A stretch of DNA of 64,000 bases, from contig BK006949.2 of the NCBI GenBank assembly GCA_000146045.2, positions 768,001-832,000 of the forward strand, read 5' to 3'. Every line of letters begins with the position of its first letter. Position 1 is the first letter of the stretch. Below the pieces are notes generated by a model. The model searched no databases. It was given only the letters and a program-made list of their open reading frames with translations, and was not told where the DNA came from. The DNA comes from TPA_inf: Saccharomyces. Taxonomy: Eukaryota. Shown in pieces: positions 10,583 to 21,325 of the stretch. Made by a program: the position numbers and the translations under genes.

Positions 10583-12301
10583 ATGGTTATCATCCTCCTA
10601 GGTCTTTGCACATTAGGTTTTCCAAGAACAGCATTCTGTCCCTCCATAATGACAAATTCTACAGTGAGTATTAACACGCCTCCACCATATCTTACTCTAG
10701 CTTGTAATGAAAAATTACCAACAGTTATGTCAATTGCTGGATCAGACTCAAGTGGTGGAGCCGGTGTTGAAGCTGATATTAAGACTATCACCGCACACAG
10801 ATGTTATGCCATGACATGCGTCACTACTTTGACTGCTCAAACTCCAGTGAAGGTGTACGGCGCTCAAAATATACCAAAGAAAATGGTATCTCAAATATTA
10901 GACGCCAATTTACAGGACATGAAATGTAATGTTATTAAGACTGGCATGCTTACGGTGGATGCAATCGAAGTCTTGCACGAAAAACTTTTGCAACTTGGTG
11001 AAAATAGACCCAAGTTAGTAATTGATCCAGTTCTTTGCGCCGCTTCTGACTCTTCTCCAACTGGAAAGGATGTGGTTAGCTTAATCATAGAAAAAATTTC
11101 TCCTTTTGCCGACATTTTAACTCCTAACATTTCAGACTGTTTCATGTTACTGGGCGAGAACAGAGAAGTTAGCAAACTACAAGACGTTCTTGAAATCGCG
11201 AAAGACCTTTCTAGAATCACCAATTGCTCCAATATTTTAGTGAAGGGAGGCCACATTCCATGTGACGATGGAAAAGAAAAGCATATTACTGACGTTCTTT
11301 ACTTAGGTGCTGAACAAAAATTCATCACTTTTAAGGGCCAATTCGTTAATACTACACGCACTCATGGCGCTGGATGCACACTGGCTTCTGCTATAGCATC
11401 TAACTTGGCTCGCGGTTATTCTCTTTCCCAATCTGTTTATGGTGGTATTGAGTATGTACAGAATGCCATCGCAATTGGCTGTGACGTTACCAAGAAAGCT
11501 GTGAAGGTTGGACCAATTAATCACGTTTACGCCGTAGAGATTCCATTAGAAAAAATGCTCACCGACGAATGCTTTACAGCATCTGATGCTGTACCTAAGA
11601 AGCCAATCGAAGGTTCTCTTGACAAAATCCCTGGGGGTAGCTTCTTTAATTATCTGATAAATCATCCTAAAGTCAAGCCGCATTGGGATGCCTACGTGAA
11701 TCACGAATTTGTTAAAAGAGTGGCAGACGGCACATTGGAACGCAAAAAGTTCCAGTTTTTTATTGAACAAGATTATTTATACTTAATTGATTATGTGAGA
11801 GTTTGCTGCGTCACAGGTAGTAAATCTCCAACTCTAGAAGATCTAGAAAAGGACCTTGTTATTGCTGATTGCGCCCGTAATGAACTAAATGAACATGAAA
11901 GAAGATTAAGAGAAGAATTTGGAGTTAAGGACCCAGATTACTTACAAAAAATTAAGAGAGGTCCCGCATTAAGGGCCTACTGTCGTTACCTAATTGACAT
12001 TTCCAGAAGAGGAAACTGGCAAGAAATAGTTGTAGCCCTCAACCCTTGTCTAATGGGTTATGTTTATGCTGTAGACAAAGTTAAGGATAAGATAACAGCA
12101 GCAGAGGGTTCTATTTATAGTGAATGGTGTGATACTTGCGCGTCTTCATTTTGCTACCAAGCTGTGCTTGAAGGTGAAAGGCTCATGAATCACATCTTGG
12201 AAACATATCCTCCAGATCAACTTGATTCTTTGGTGACGATCTTTGCAAGAGGTTGTGAATTAGAAACTAATTTCTGGACCGCCGCCATGGAATACGAATG
12301 A
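10583..12301 (+). CDS. THI22: HMP/HMP-P kinase with C-terminal TenA-like thiaminase II domain, thiamine biosynthesis (572 aa)
   Basis: 572-aa ORF; PfkB-type HMP-P kinase N-terminal (GSDSSGGAGVEADIKT) and TenA/THI-4 C-terminal half; THI20/21/22 family; synteny between CLB5 and AXL1. Confidence 0.85.
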   Translation: MVIILLGLCTLGFPRTAFCPSIMTNSTVSINTPPPYLTLACNEKLPTVMSIAGSDSSGGAGVEADIKTITAHRCYAMTCVTTLTAQTPVKVYGAQNIPKKMVSQILDANLQDMKCNVIKTGMLTVDAIEVLHEKLLQLGENRPKLVIDPVLCAASDSSPTGKDVVSLIIEKISPFADILTPNISDCFMLLGENREVSKLQDVLEIAKDLSRITNCSNILVKGGHIPCDDGKEKHITDVLYLGAEQKFITFKGQFVNTTRTHGAGCTLASAIASNLARGYSLSQSVYGGIEYVQNAIAIGCDVTKKAVKVGPINHVYAVEIPLEKMLTDECFTASDAVPKKPIEGSLDKIPGGSFFNYLINHPKVKPHWDAYVNHEFVKRVADGTLERKKFQFFIEQDYLYLIDYVRVCCVTGSKSPTLEDLEKDLVIADCARNELNEHERRLREEFGVKDPDYLQKIKRGPALRAYCRYLIDISRRGNWQEIVVALNPCLMGYVYAVDKVKDKITAAEGSIYSEWCDTCASSFCYQAVLEGERLMNHILETYPPDQLDSLVTIFARGCELETNFWTAAMEYE

Positions 12302-12924
12302 TAGTTACAATATTTTTAACAGAATATATAAAATACATATACAGAAATGATAAACTATAAACGCAAAAGATTAGCGATACGAAAAAAGGATTTCTCGCTA
12401 TTATATCAATTTATAAAGAGATCCTTTGGAAATATAAATTATGTTCATTTCATTTTTTCAACTTCTAGAAGGATGACTAACTATTGTTTCCATTTGCTAG
12501 CATGGTAAATTAATACATTTTTGAATTTGCTGCTAGGGTACAATACCATGCAATGTTTATAATATAAATCAAAGTGACAGAGATTCCTAAAAGCTAAAAC
12601 AAATCCATTGATAATATAATAGTAGGTTGGTCAATTCACCGCAGATTCAATGTAAGTATTGATACTCCATAAATGTTAACTTCAGGTTGATATTCGTTAC
12701 AAAAATCTTAGTTTGCTTTTCATTACTATCTGAACGGAATGCTCAACATTTTTCTTATTCTACAATTGTACAATGTCACGTAAACAGTTTGATTTGTGTA
12801 TTTACAGTGGAAACATTTTACTTGTTGGCAATAGTACATGCGCAGATAATCAAAAACCATTGTTTCCGACATTATTTCTGACAATTGCTTGAATTTGCTG
12901 AACACTTTTCGAGGTACATTCTGA

Positions 12925-13240
12925 TAAAGAGTGCATTATTAGTTATTTAGAGTATATTAAGACATCTTCTCGAAGATATATAAATTCGTAAAGGAAACAA
13001 AAATTTCGGGATAACAAAAAAGTTTCTTCTTTTTACGTATTAAATGGTCTATTCATCGATCCTATTTCACTATCAATCCTATTATATTATCAACTTTTGC
13101 ATTTCTGCTTCCACCAAAGTCGACGGCTGTTTCTCATCGTTTATGTAATATCATAACGCATGTATGACATTATATCAGTGGCATGAGCGCTAGTCCATGA
13201 AATAGGAGTTTAACTCCAACATACGGAACATTCGCATTAT
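12925..13240 (-). mobile_element. Old, diverged solo delta-like LTR remnant (minus orientation)
   Basis: GATCCTATTTCACTATCAATCCTATTATATTATCAACTTTTGCATTTCTGCTTCCACCAAAG... collinear with reverse-complemented Ty1 LTR at 36820-36978 (GATCCTATTACATTATCAATCCTTGCGTTTCAGCTTCCACTAAT...); ends ..TTTAACTCCAACA; boundaries approximate. Confidence 0.45.
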
Positions 13241-13546
13241 CGCACACGTAAGACTCGATATATTAAGGAAGGAATTTCCGAGTTGGATTAATAAAGGAAA
13301 AATAAAATATAGTGTTGGAAATATAGTTGCCTCAGAATAATATCAATATAATATTAAAACGTATATAGTTAGATACCCGGTATTATTCGAGTACGCATTA
13401 ATTCAGCAGTATGACTTTCTGTGCCTGCTTATATATTGTAACCGTATGTTGTTCTACCTTAAAAATTTGCTAAATTGAAGGAATTGACTATCGTCACTGA
13501 AGAGTATTCGTATTATGGTATTATGATACATTGTCTAAAAAAAGGA

Positions 13547-14006
13547 TACCATTTTTCTTCAATAGAACAAGAAGAGAATCTAAGGACACCATTTCGAGAA
13601 ATAGTTTACACAGTATATCCAATAACTCCAATAAACTACTTTCCTATACAAATTTCCGATGGTTGGATTAATAGTAAAACTTCTATACTTCTTTCATCCA
13701 TCAAGAAATTAAGGTAAACATCTGGTAAGCACTATCCAACTTTTTTCTGTTACACATATGGTTTTTCTGCAATCATTTCTTCCCACTTTGCATGAGTAAG
13801 TGTCCCATTTTGTCTCAAGCCGTTAATCTTGAAACCGCAGGCGGAGTTACTTGATGCGGTATTTTACATGCCTTTTTTCACTGCAAGAAAAAAATGAAAC
13901 ACTTATTTACACGATTTTCAGGATAGTTTACGCTGGTGAGTATGCAGAACAGTTAACACCTTTGTTTTATCCTTTTGTGTCTTGATTATATAATATAAAT
14001 GTGCCT
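13547..14006. repeat. Direct repeat copy B (~460 bp), partner at 9112-9566
   Basis: See copy A; copy B carries an extra ~22 bp local duplication (TCCCACTTTGCATGAGTAAGTG) and ends about 40 bp upstream of the AXL1 ATG. Confidence 0.8.
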
Positions 14007-14044
14007 GGCGTTAAAAAATAGCAACTGAATAAGTTTTTTTACTG

Positions 14045-17000
14045 ATGTCCTTGAGAGAAGTAACTAATTATGAAGTCTCGTTTTACATCCCGTTGTCTTA
14101 CAGCAACAGGACTCATAAAGTTTGTAAACTGCCAAACGGAATTTTAGCATTAATAATATCGGATCCAACAGATACTTCAAGCTCATGCTCACTGACTGTT
14201 TGCACAGGTTCCCATAACGATCCAAAGGATATTGCCGGTTTGGCGCACCTTTGTGAGCACATGATTCTTTCTGCCGGTTCCAAAAAATACCCTGATCCTG
14301 GTTTATTCCACACACTAATCGCAAAAAACAACGGCTCTCAAAATGCCTTTACCACAGGGGAGCAAACGACTTTTTATTTTGAATTGCCCAATACTCAAAA
14401 TAACGGCGAATTTACATTTGAATCTATCTTAGATGTGTTTGCCTCATTCTTCAAAGAACCGCTCTTCAACCCTTTACTGATAAGCAAGGAGATATATGCA
14501 ATACAAAGTGAGCATGAGGGAAACATATCATCAACCACAAAAATATTCTACCACGCAGCAAGAATATTGGCCAATCCCGACCATCCTTTCAGTCGCTTTT
14601 CCACTGGGAACATACACTCGTTATCTAGCATTCCACAACTGAAAAAAATAAAACTAAAGAGCTCATTAAACACTTACTTCGAAAATAATTTTTTTGGGGA
14701 GAATATAACCTTGTGCATAAGGGGACCGCAGTCTGTTAATATTCTTACGAAACTAGCTCTATCAAAATTTGGCGATATAAAACCCAAAAGCGCTGTAAAG
14801 GAAAGGAGTATATCGATTAGGACGAGGTCATTTCGAAGATCGAAGTCTTTAAAAAAACGCCAAGATTCTTCCAAAAACGACTACAGTGACTTGAAAACCT
14901 TTAAAATACTGAACACAACGTGGGAAAAAAAATACAAAAATACGATGTGTTTTCAACAATTTCCTGAATGCAATTCGATATTTATCAATTCAAATAAGGT
15001 ACCTATAATGAGACTTCTCTTTCCTGTTAGCGATAAAAACACTCGGTTTACAAAGGATGACATTAAAATATACAGTCATCTTTGGTGTGAACTTTTCGGC
15101 GATGAGTCTCCAGGATCTTTGAGCTATTACTTAGCTTCAAAAGGCTGGCTCACAGGCTGTTTTGCCTTTACCTCAGAATTCGCTATTGGTGACATAGGAT
15201 TAATTTTGGAATTAGAACTGACAAACAGTGGCTGGGAAAATATTAAGAGAATTACGACAATAGTACTTAATAGACTCTTGCCTTCCTTTTACGTAATGAA
15301 CATCGATTACTTAATCACTTTTTTGAAAGAACAGAATTTGATCGACCTCGTTAGCTTTCTGTACCAAAGTTCAGAGGATCTTCCAATGGAAGAGTGCTCA
15401 AAATTAAGCGGTATTCTTCAGGACGATTTAGAATGTTTAACCCCCCCTAATATATTCAAAGGATTTAAATCTCTTATAGAAATAGATGATCCCAACATCG
15501 AAAAATATGAAAACACAAAGGCCAATATACAATGGTGGACAGGGCAAGCTATTAAGTTCCAAAATTTTTTAAAATCTTTCATGAATCATGACAACATGCG
15601 CCTTTTACTCTTAGGGAATATAAAATCTGGTAATATATTTGATAAAATGAAAAATAAAAGTGATATATGCACCGATTTTTTCTATGAATTTGAGTATTAT
15701 ACGGCAAACGTTCATCTAGCAAGTGATAATAAATTTCATTCAAACAGCTCGTATGAATTTAATTTTCCCACAGGTAATCTTTTTTTACCAGATTGCGTCA
15801 GCGATCCTTTAAAACTACAACAGCTCTTCTTAGAATGCTCGTTAAAATCGAAATTTGCTACGCTTAGACCTCAAATTTATAGTGAGCCCACTAGGACAAA
15901 GCCTCAATTAGTCAGTGAGAACCAGAATTATGAGATGTGGATCTTAAAAGAAGACCCAAATTTTGCCTCAGACAATAAATCCGTCGTATCATTTGAAGTT
16001 TTGGGGTTAGGCATCAAACCTAGTCCGGAGGCAACAATCCACCTGGAAGTACTAGCACAGGCATTATTTATCATCACCTCTTCATTCCTTTATCCCGCTC
16101 TGAGAATTGGTTACACATATGAGATTGCCTCATCTAGTAAGGGCAACGTAACACTGCGATTTACTATTTCTGGATTCCCTGAGGGTGTTTTCACAATAGT
16201 AAAGACGTTCGTGGATACGCTAAAACTTATTGCAACAGATCCAACGTTTCTTTCTAAAGATACCTTGAGAAAGGCAAGGATTTTAGTTAGAAATAAATAC
16301 AAGAACGCGTCATCGGACAACTGCGTGAAGCTAGCTAGCGTTGGATTGCTGATTGTTTTAGAGAAATATATATGGACTTTAGAGGATAGAATTAATGCAT
16401 TAGAGCTTACCGAGTTGGAATCCTTCGAAAAATTTTGTTTTTTATTCTGGAGGAATCCTAAACATTTGGTCTTGTTCATGCAGGGAAGCCTTGAATATGC
16501 TGACGCAATCAACCGTTACTTAAATAACAATTTTACGCAGCACCTAAAAATCAGCAATGAAGGGAGCAAACCGACCATACGTCTCTACCCTCCTCCCAGT
16601 ACAAAAGATCTAGATCAAGGCACAAATGCCTTTATATCATATAATGGTCACCAGGATGATCCCAACAATAGTATTGTGTATTTTATTCAGACTGCACAAA
16701 GAGATGACATCAAAAATCTGACACTAACCTTTCTTACCGAATATCTATTTTCACTAACGCTAGTGCCTGATCTAAGAAATAAAAAGCAAATTGGGTACAT
16801 TGTTTTGGGAGGACTCAGGGTTTTAACAGACACTGTTGGGATTCATATAACCGTAATGTCTGGCAGCTCGGGGCACAATCTGGAAACTAGGATCAATGAG
16901 TACTTATCTTACTTGCAGCTGCAGGTGCTAAATAGATTCACCGAGTTTGATTTTCGAAGGATACTTCTAGAGCCGTTCTTAAATCTTTTAAAACAGAACA

Positions 17001-17671
17001 GTACGAAACAGTTTGAAGGGTCGGCTGGTCCTGTAGACCTATTAAATGAGATAGTGGCAAATGTGCAAAATGGTGATAATTACACTCTCAACAATAAACA
17101 AATGAGACAACATAGGAAGGTAAGAAATAAAATTGCGGAAGGAAGGCTTAATTTTCAAGAAGATCATGAAATGATTGATATCTCATTTTTGCAAAAATTA
17201 ACTCTAAAGAAATATTTAGCATTCTTCGAGTCCAAAATCTCTATATATTCCGCTCAAAGAAGTAAGCTATCAATAATGATCACAAGTCCAATGGCAGAGA
17301 AGGAAATTGCAAGCAGGAAAATGTTCCTTCAGCTAGAGGCCTTTCTGAAAATAAACGGATTCGCCATAAAAAATGAAGACTTGAAGAAAATTGTCGAACA
17401 TTCAAAGGGAAATCCTATTTTACTTGTAAAGAACCTTTTTACTTATTTTCGTAGGAGAAATGAAGTTTTCAAGCTCGGAACCGTTGTATTGCAGGAAATA
17501 TTGAAAATCATCGGAATGAATCTTAAGCAGAGATACGGCTCTATATTAGGGTTTTCTTCCCAAGATGGTGAAGGACAAGAAATAGAAAAATTTTGGAACA
17601 ACGACACAAGTCCGATTGTTCCTCTTCAGGAGCTTCCTGAACCAAACTTTTTCCGCAAGGCCGCATTTTGA
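14045..17671 (+). CDS. AXL1: Insulin-degrading-enzyme-like M16 metalloprotease for axial budding and a-factor processing (1208 aa)
   Basis: 1208-aa ORF with inverted zinc-binding motif HLCEH near the N-terminus; synteny. Confidence 0.9.
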   Translation: MSLREVTNYEVSFYIPLSYSNRTHKVCKLPNGILALIISDPTDTSSSCSLTVCTGSHNDPKDIAGLAHLCEHMILSAGSKKYPDPGLFHTLIAKNNGSQNAFTTGEQTTFYFELPNTQNNGEFTFESILDVFASFFKEPLFNPLLISKEIYAIQSEHEGNISSTTKIFYHAARILANPDHPFSRFSTGNIHSLSSIPQLKKIKLKSSLNTYFENNFFGENITLCIRGPQSVNILTKLALSKFGDIKPKSAVKERSISIRTRSFRRSKSLKKRQDSSKNDYSDLKTFKILNTTWEKKYKNTMCFQQFPECNSIFINSNKVPIMRLLFPVSDKNTRFTKDDIKIYSHLWCELFGDESPGSLSYYLASKGWLTGCFAFTSEFAIGDIGLILELELTNSGWENIKRITTIVLNRLLPSFYVMNIDYLITFLKEQNLIDLVSFLYQSSEDLPMEECSKLSGILQDDLECLTPPNIFKGFKSLIEIDDPNIEKYENTKANIQWWTGQAIKFQNFLKSFMNHDNMRLLLLGNIKSGNIFDKMKNKSDICTDFFYEFEYYTANVHLASDNKFHSNSSYEFNFPTGNLFLPDCVSDPLKLQQLFLECSLKSKFATLRPQIYSEPTRTKPQLVSENQNYEMWILKEDPNFASDNKSVVSFEVLGLGIKPSPEATIHLEVLAQALFIITSSFLYPALRIGYTYEIASSSKGNVTLRFTISGFPEGVFTIVKTFVDTLKLIATDPTFLSKDTLRKARILVRNKYKNASSDNCVKLASVGLLIVLEKYIWTLEDRINALELTELESFEKFCFLFWRNPKHLVLFMQGSLEYADAINRYLNNNFTQHLKISNEGSKPTIRLYPPPSTKDLDQGTNAFISYNGHQDDPNNSIVYFIQTAQRDDIKNLTLTFLTEYLFSLTLVPDLRNKKQIGYIVLGGLRVLTDTVGIHITVMSGSSGHNLETRINEYLSYLQLQVLNRFTEFDFRRILLEPFLNLLKQNSTKQFEGSAGPVDLLNEIVANVQNGDNYTLNNKQMRQHRKVRNKIAEGRLNFQEDHEMIDISFLQKLTLKKYLAFFESKISIYSAQRSKLSIMITSPMAEKEIASRKMFLQLEAFLKINGFAIKNEDLKKIVEHSKGNPILLVKNLFTYFRRRNEVFKLGTVVLQEILKIIGMNLKQRYGSILGFSSQDGEGQEIEKFWNNDTSPIVPLQELPEPNFFRKAAF

Positions 17672-17873
17672 ACCGTATTTTGCTCGTTCCAGCCTTTCCA
17701 CGTTTTTGTTATCTAAGCAACTTGGCACATTTCCCTACTATACTACAAACCGATACGTAAATACTTCCCTAAATAGCATATGAATTATTCAGTAATTTTT
17801 AAGGATCGAAACTGCACCTCAACTATTCGTTACTGTGGTTATGTTCTCATGTATTGATGCAAATCATGGGATA

Positions 17874-17903
17874 TTTGCTCAAGACGACGGTAAAATGAGC
17901 AAA
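17874..17903 (+). promoter_or_regulatory. Two Mac1 copper-response elements (CuRE, TTTGCTCA / TGAGCAAA) in inverted orientation upstream of CTR1
   Basis: TTTGCTCA at 17874-17881 and TGAGCAAA at 17896-17903, about 300 bp upstream of the CTR1 ATG; CTR1 is known to be Mac1-regulated via paired CuREs. Confidence 0.65.
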
Positions 17904-18207
17904 AATGGCACGATCCTGAAAAGAGCACTTTTCAAGATTCGGGCTACAAAATGCAACATAAAAAATGTTGTATTGTCATCTCGAGAGGGTCTTGTATGTT
18001 TTATTCCTCTTATGATTAGTTCACATTAGTAAAACAGATACGCAGTGTGCTCTTAATAAACAACTACTCCATAGCTTTATTTGCATAACAAAACTTTTAA
18101 GCACAAACTTAAACAGGTGGAGTAATAGTTCGGCGGCGACTCAAATTACATTTGTTGGAAGAATCGAATAGAAAATAAAAAAAAGTGTATTATATTTGAC
18201 ATTCAAA

Positions 18208-19428
18208 ATGGAAGGTATGAATATGGGTAGCAGCATGAATATGGACGCCATGTCTAGTGCATCCAAGACAGTAGCATCGAGTATGGCGTCGATGAGCATG
18301 GATGCGATGTCTAGTGCCAGCAAAACGATATTATCGAGCATGTCATCGATGAGCATGGAAGCGATGTCCAGTGCGAGCAAAACGTTGGCGTCGACTATGT
18401 CGTCAATGGCAAGTATGTCGATGGGAAGCAGTTCAATGTCAGGTATGTCTATGTCGATGAGCAGTACACCAACAAGCTCCGCCAGTGCACAGACAACTTC
18501 TGATTCTAGCATGTCAGGCATGTCAGGTATGTCATCGTCTGATAACAGTAGCTCTTCAGGGATGGATATGGACATGAGTATGGGAATGAACTATTATCTG
18601 ACTCCCACATATAAAAACTATCCAGTTTTGTTTCACCATTTGCATGCAAACAATAGTGGTAAGGCTTTCGGTATTTTCTTATTATTTGTTGTGGCTGCTT
18701 TCGTCTACAAACTACTGCTTTTCGTTAGTTGGTGCCTTGAAGTTCACTGGTTTAAAAAATGGGACAAGCAAAATAAATATTCCACTTTACCTTCAGCAAA
18801 CTCCAAAGACGAAGGAAAACATTATGACACAGAGAATAATTTTGAAATTCAAGGTTTACCTAAGCTGCCAAATTTATTAAGCGATATATTTGTTCCATCT
18901 TTAATGGATCTCTTTCATGACATTATAAGGGCGTTCTTAGTATTTACCTCTACGATGATTATTTATATGTTGATGCTTGCTACCATGTCTTTTGTTTTAA
19001 CATACGTTTTTGCTGTAATTACTGGGTTAGCTTTATCGGAAGTCTTCTTCAATAGATGCAAAATAGCCATGCTAAAGAGGTGGGACATCCAAAGAGAAAT
19101 TCAGAAAGCGAAGAGCTGTCCTGGCTTCGGTAACTGCCAATGTGGTAGACATCCCGAACCCAGCCCTGATCCAATTGCTGTTGCCGATACCACTTCCGGA
19201 AGTGATCAAAGTACTCGCCTGGAAAAGAACAACGAATCTAAAGTTGCGATTTCCGAAAATAATCAAAAGAAAACACCTACACAAGAAGAGGGATGTAATT
19301 GTGCCACAGACTCAGGAAAGAATCAAGCAAACATAGAGCGCGACATCCTTGAGAATTCCAAGTTGCAGGAACAGTCCGGGAATATGGATCAAAACTTACT
19401 TCCGGCCGAAAAATTCACTCATAACTAA
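18208..19428 (+). CDS. CTR1: High-affinity plasma-membrane copper transporter (406 aa)
   Basis: Starts MEGMNMGSSMNMDAMSS (ORF track begins 4 codons earlier at MTFK); N-terminal Met-rich MxxM/MxM copper-binding repeats; transmembrane segments; synteny. Confidence 0.88.
   Translation: MEGMNMGSSMNMDAMSSASKTVASSMASMSMDAMSSASKTILSSMSSMSMEAMSSASKTLASTMSSMASMSMGSSSMSGMSMSMSSTPTSSASAQTTSDSSMSGMSGMSSSDNSSSSGMDMDMSMGMNYYLTPTYKNYPVLFHHLHANNSGKAFGIFLLFVVAAFVYKLLLFVSWCLEVHWFKKWDKQNKYSTLPSANSKDEGKHYDTENNFEIQGLPKLPNLLSDIFVPSLMDLFHDIIRAFLVFTSTMIIYMLMLATMSFVLTYVFAVITGLALSEVFFNRCKIAMLKRWDIQREIQKAKSCPGFGNCQCGRHPEPSPDPIAVADTTSGSDQSTRLEKNNESKVAISENNQKKTPTQEEGCNCATDSGKNQANIERDILENSKLQEQSGNMDQNLLPAEKFTHN
18237..18407 (+). 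repeat. 3 x 57-bp in-frame tandem repeat inside CTR1 encoding Met-rich copper-binding motifs
   Basis: Units ATGAATATGGACGCCATGTCTAGTGCATCCAAGACAGTAGCATCGAGTATGGCGTCG / ATGAGCATGGATGCGATGTCTAGTGCCAGCAAAACGATATTATCGAGCATGTCATCG / ATGAGCATGGAAGCGATGTCCAGTGCGAGCAAAACGTTGGCGTCGACTATGTCGTCA, giving MxMDAMSSASKTxxSSMxS x3. Confidence 0.85.
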
Positions 19429-19960
19429 TAACTAGACAAGGTTCGTCCACCTATATCTTCTTCTTCCAATATCTCTATACATCAAAATAAGAATATCGTT
19501 CATTTCTCAGAAGCTCAAAAAAAATCTCAAAATGGATACTTCTAATGCCCTCATGAAGAGGAAAGAAAATAATAGACACAGCGACCTTCCTATAAATAAC
19601 AGACTTGTATATAGTTGAATGTCTAAGTAATTTTAATTCAAAAATCCTTAACTATATTACCACCTTGCAATAATAAGAGTGAAGTGTTAAAAATGATACT
19701 TGCTTGCCTTCATCGAGTTACCGTTGTCTCCCACGTTTCTTTTTTCTCGTTGGACAGAATTGCTTCCGCGCGAACATTTTCCACTTTTATTTGAAAGAGG
19801 ACATTATTCAGATCGTGTCAGTCTCATCTAATTGGCAAAGTGGCAATTTTCGAAATAACAAGATAACTGCATAAAGTAACACTTGTCGAATTGAAAGTAT
19901 TTTGCCAGTGATATTTAGGTTCGAGTAAAGAAAATTTCATAAAGAAATCAACAAGACACA

Positions 19961-21325
19961 ATGCTGAAATACAGGTCTTTGCCAATCAAGAGAGCAATCC
20001 ATCATCCGGCACCAGGAATTACTCCAATTTCTCCCCGTATTATGGTAAGCAGGTTGAGAGTAATACCATCTTTTAATTTGAAGTTCAATCGTTGGAACTC
20101 TTCGGTGCCAGAAAGCTCGAAAAAGGAGTTAAAAACGACAGACGGAAACCAAGAAAGTGCGAGTAAGGTCTCTCCAGTAAAAGAGAAGGAAAAAGTACCC
20201 TTTAAGGTTAAGATGCAAAAAGCCCTTCGTCATTATTGGGATGGTTCCAAACTTTTGGGGTTGGAGATAAAAATTTCTTCCAAATTGCTCATGAAGAGTG
20301 CTGCAGGCTACCCATTGACGAGAAGAGAAAATTTACAACTGAAAAGAACTACTCAAGATATCGTTCGGTTGGTTCCATTTGCTGCTTTCCTCATTATACC
20401 CTTTGCTGAACTTCTTCTTCCATTTGCATTAAAGTTATTCCCCAATTTACTTCCTTCTACTTATGAATCAAGTAAAAAACGCGAGAATAAACTAGAAAAT
20501 TTAAGAAACACAAGGAAGTTAATGTCTGAAATCATAAAGAATAACAAGTCCCATTTTAAACCTAATAATATTTCCGAGGAACAAAAAGCTTTGTTTAACA
20601 GGTTCTACACACATGTCCGTGCTACAGGAGTGCCGGAGTCTCGTCAACAGCTAATCGAAGTAGCTAGATTATTCACTGATGATACTGTATTGGATAATGT
20701 GACAAGACCTTACTTGATTGCATTAGCGAAGTATATGAATTTGCAACCATTCGGCACTGATGTGATGCTACGTTACCGTATCAGATACAAAATGCTTGAA
20801 TTGAAAAAAGATGATCTATCTATATATTACGAGGATGCAGAACAACTCTCCCTCTCTGAATTGAAAACAGCATGCGCCTCCAGAGGTATTAGAAGTGTAG
20901 ACGTAGAGCCTAGCGTGTTATATTCGAATCTAAGATTGTGGCTGAACATGAGGCTCAAGGATAAGATCCCATCCACGCTGTTAATCATGGCTACTGCCTA
21001 TAACTACGGTAATGTGCAATCAAAGGAGTCATTGTACGACGCATTATGTGACGTTTTAATCGGTATCCCTGATGAACTATACCATGAGGTTAAAGTAAAC
21101 GTCGTTAAGGAAGATGAGGCATCCGCTAAGCAAAAATTGAAACAATTGAGGGAGCAAGAAGAAATTATGAAGGAAGAAGAGCAGCAAGAAGAGAACGCCA
21201 TTGTGAGCGTCAAGGATGAGTTGAGCTTGGACGACCAAGACAAGAACATAGATGCGGCTGCTCCAGACGTAAAACCGCATGACACCAAGCCTATCGGAGA
21301 AGCCGCTGCCATCAAAGAGAAGTAA
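19961..21325 (+). CDS. YLH47: Mitochondrial inner-membrane LETM1-like protein (454 aa)
   Basis: 454-aa ORF; LETM1/MDM38-family ribosome-binding domain pattern; C-terminal coiled-coil K/E-rich; synteny (YPR125W). Confidence 0.8.
   Translation: MLKYRSLPIKRAIHHPAPGITPISPRIMVSRLRVIPSFNLKFNRWNSSVPESSKKELKTTDGNQESASKVSPVKEKEKVPFKVKMQKALRHYWDGSKLLGLEIKISSKLLMKSAAGYPLTRRENLQLKRTTQDIVRLVPFAAFLIIPFAELLLPFALKLFPNLLPSTYESSKKRENKLENLRNTRKLMSEIIKNNKSHFKPNNISEEQKALFNRFYTHVRATGVPESRQQLIEVARLFTDDTVLDNVTRPYLIALAKYMNLQPFGTDVMLRYRIRYKMLELKKDDLSIYYEDAEQLSLSELKTACASRGIRSVDVEPSVLYSNLRLWLNMRLKDKIPSTLLIMATAYNYGNVQSKESLYDALCDVLIGIPDELYHEVKVNVVKEDEASAKQKLKQLREQEEIMKEEEQQEENAIVSVKDELSLDDQDKNIDAAAPDVKPHDTKPIGEAAAIKEK

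Noticed and set aside
18141-18575. 144-aa minus-strand ORF overlapping the CTR1 5' end (YPR123C-like)
   Set aside because: Its repetitive I/D/L composition simply mirrors the CTR1 Met-repeat DNA. It is a dubious overlapping ORF.
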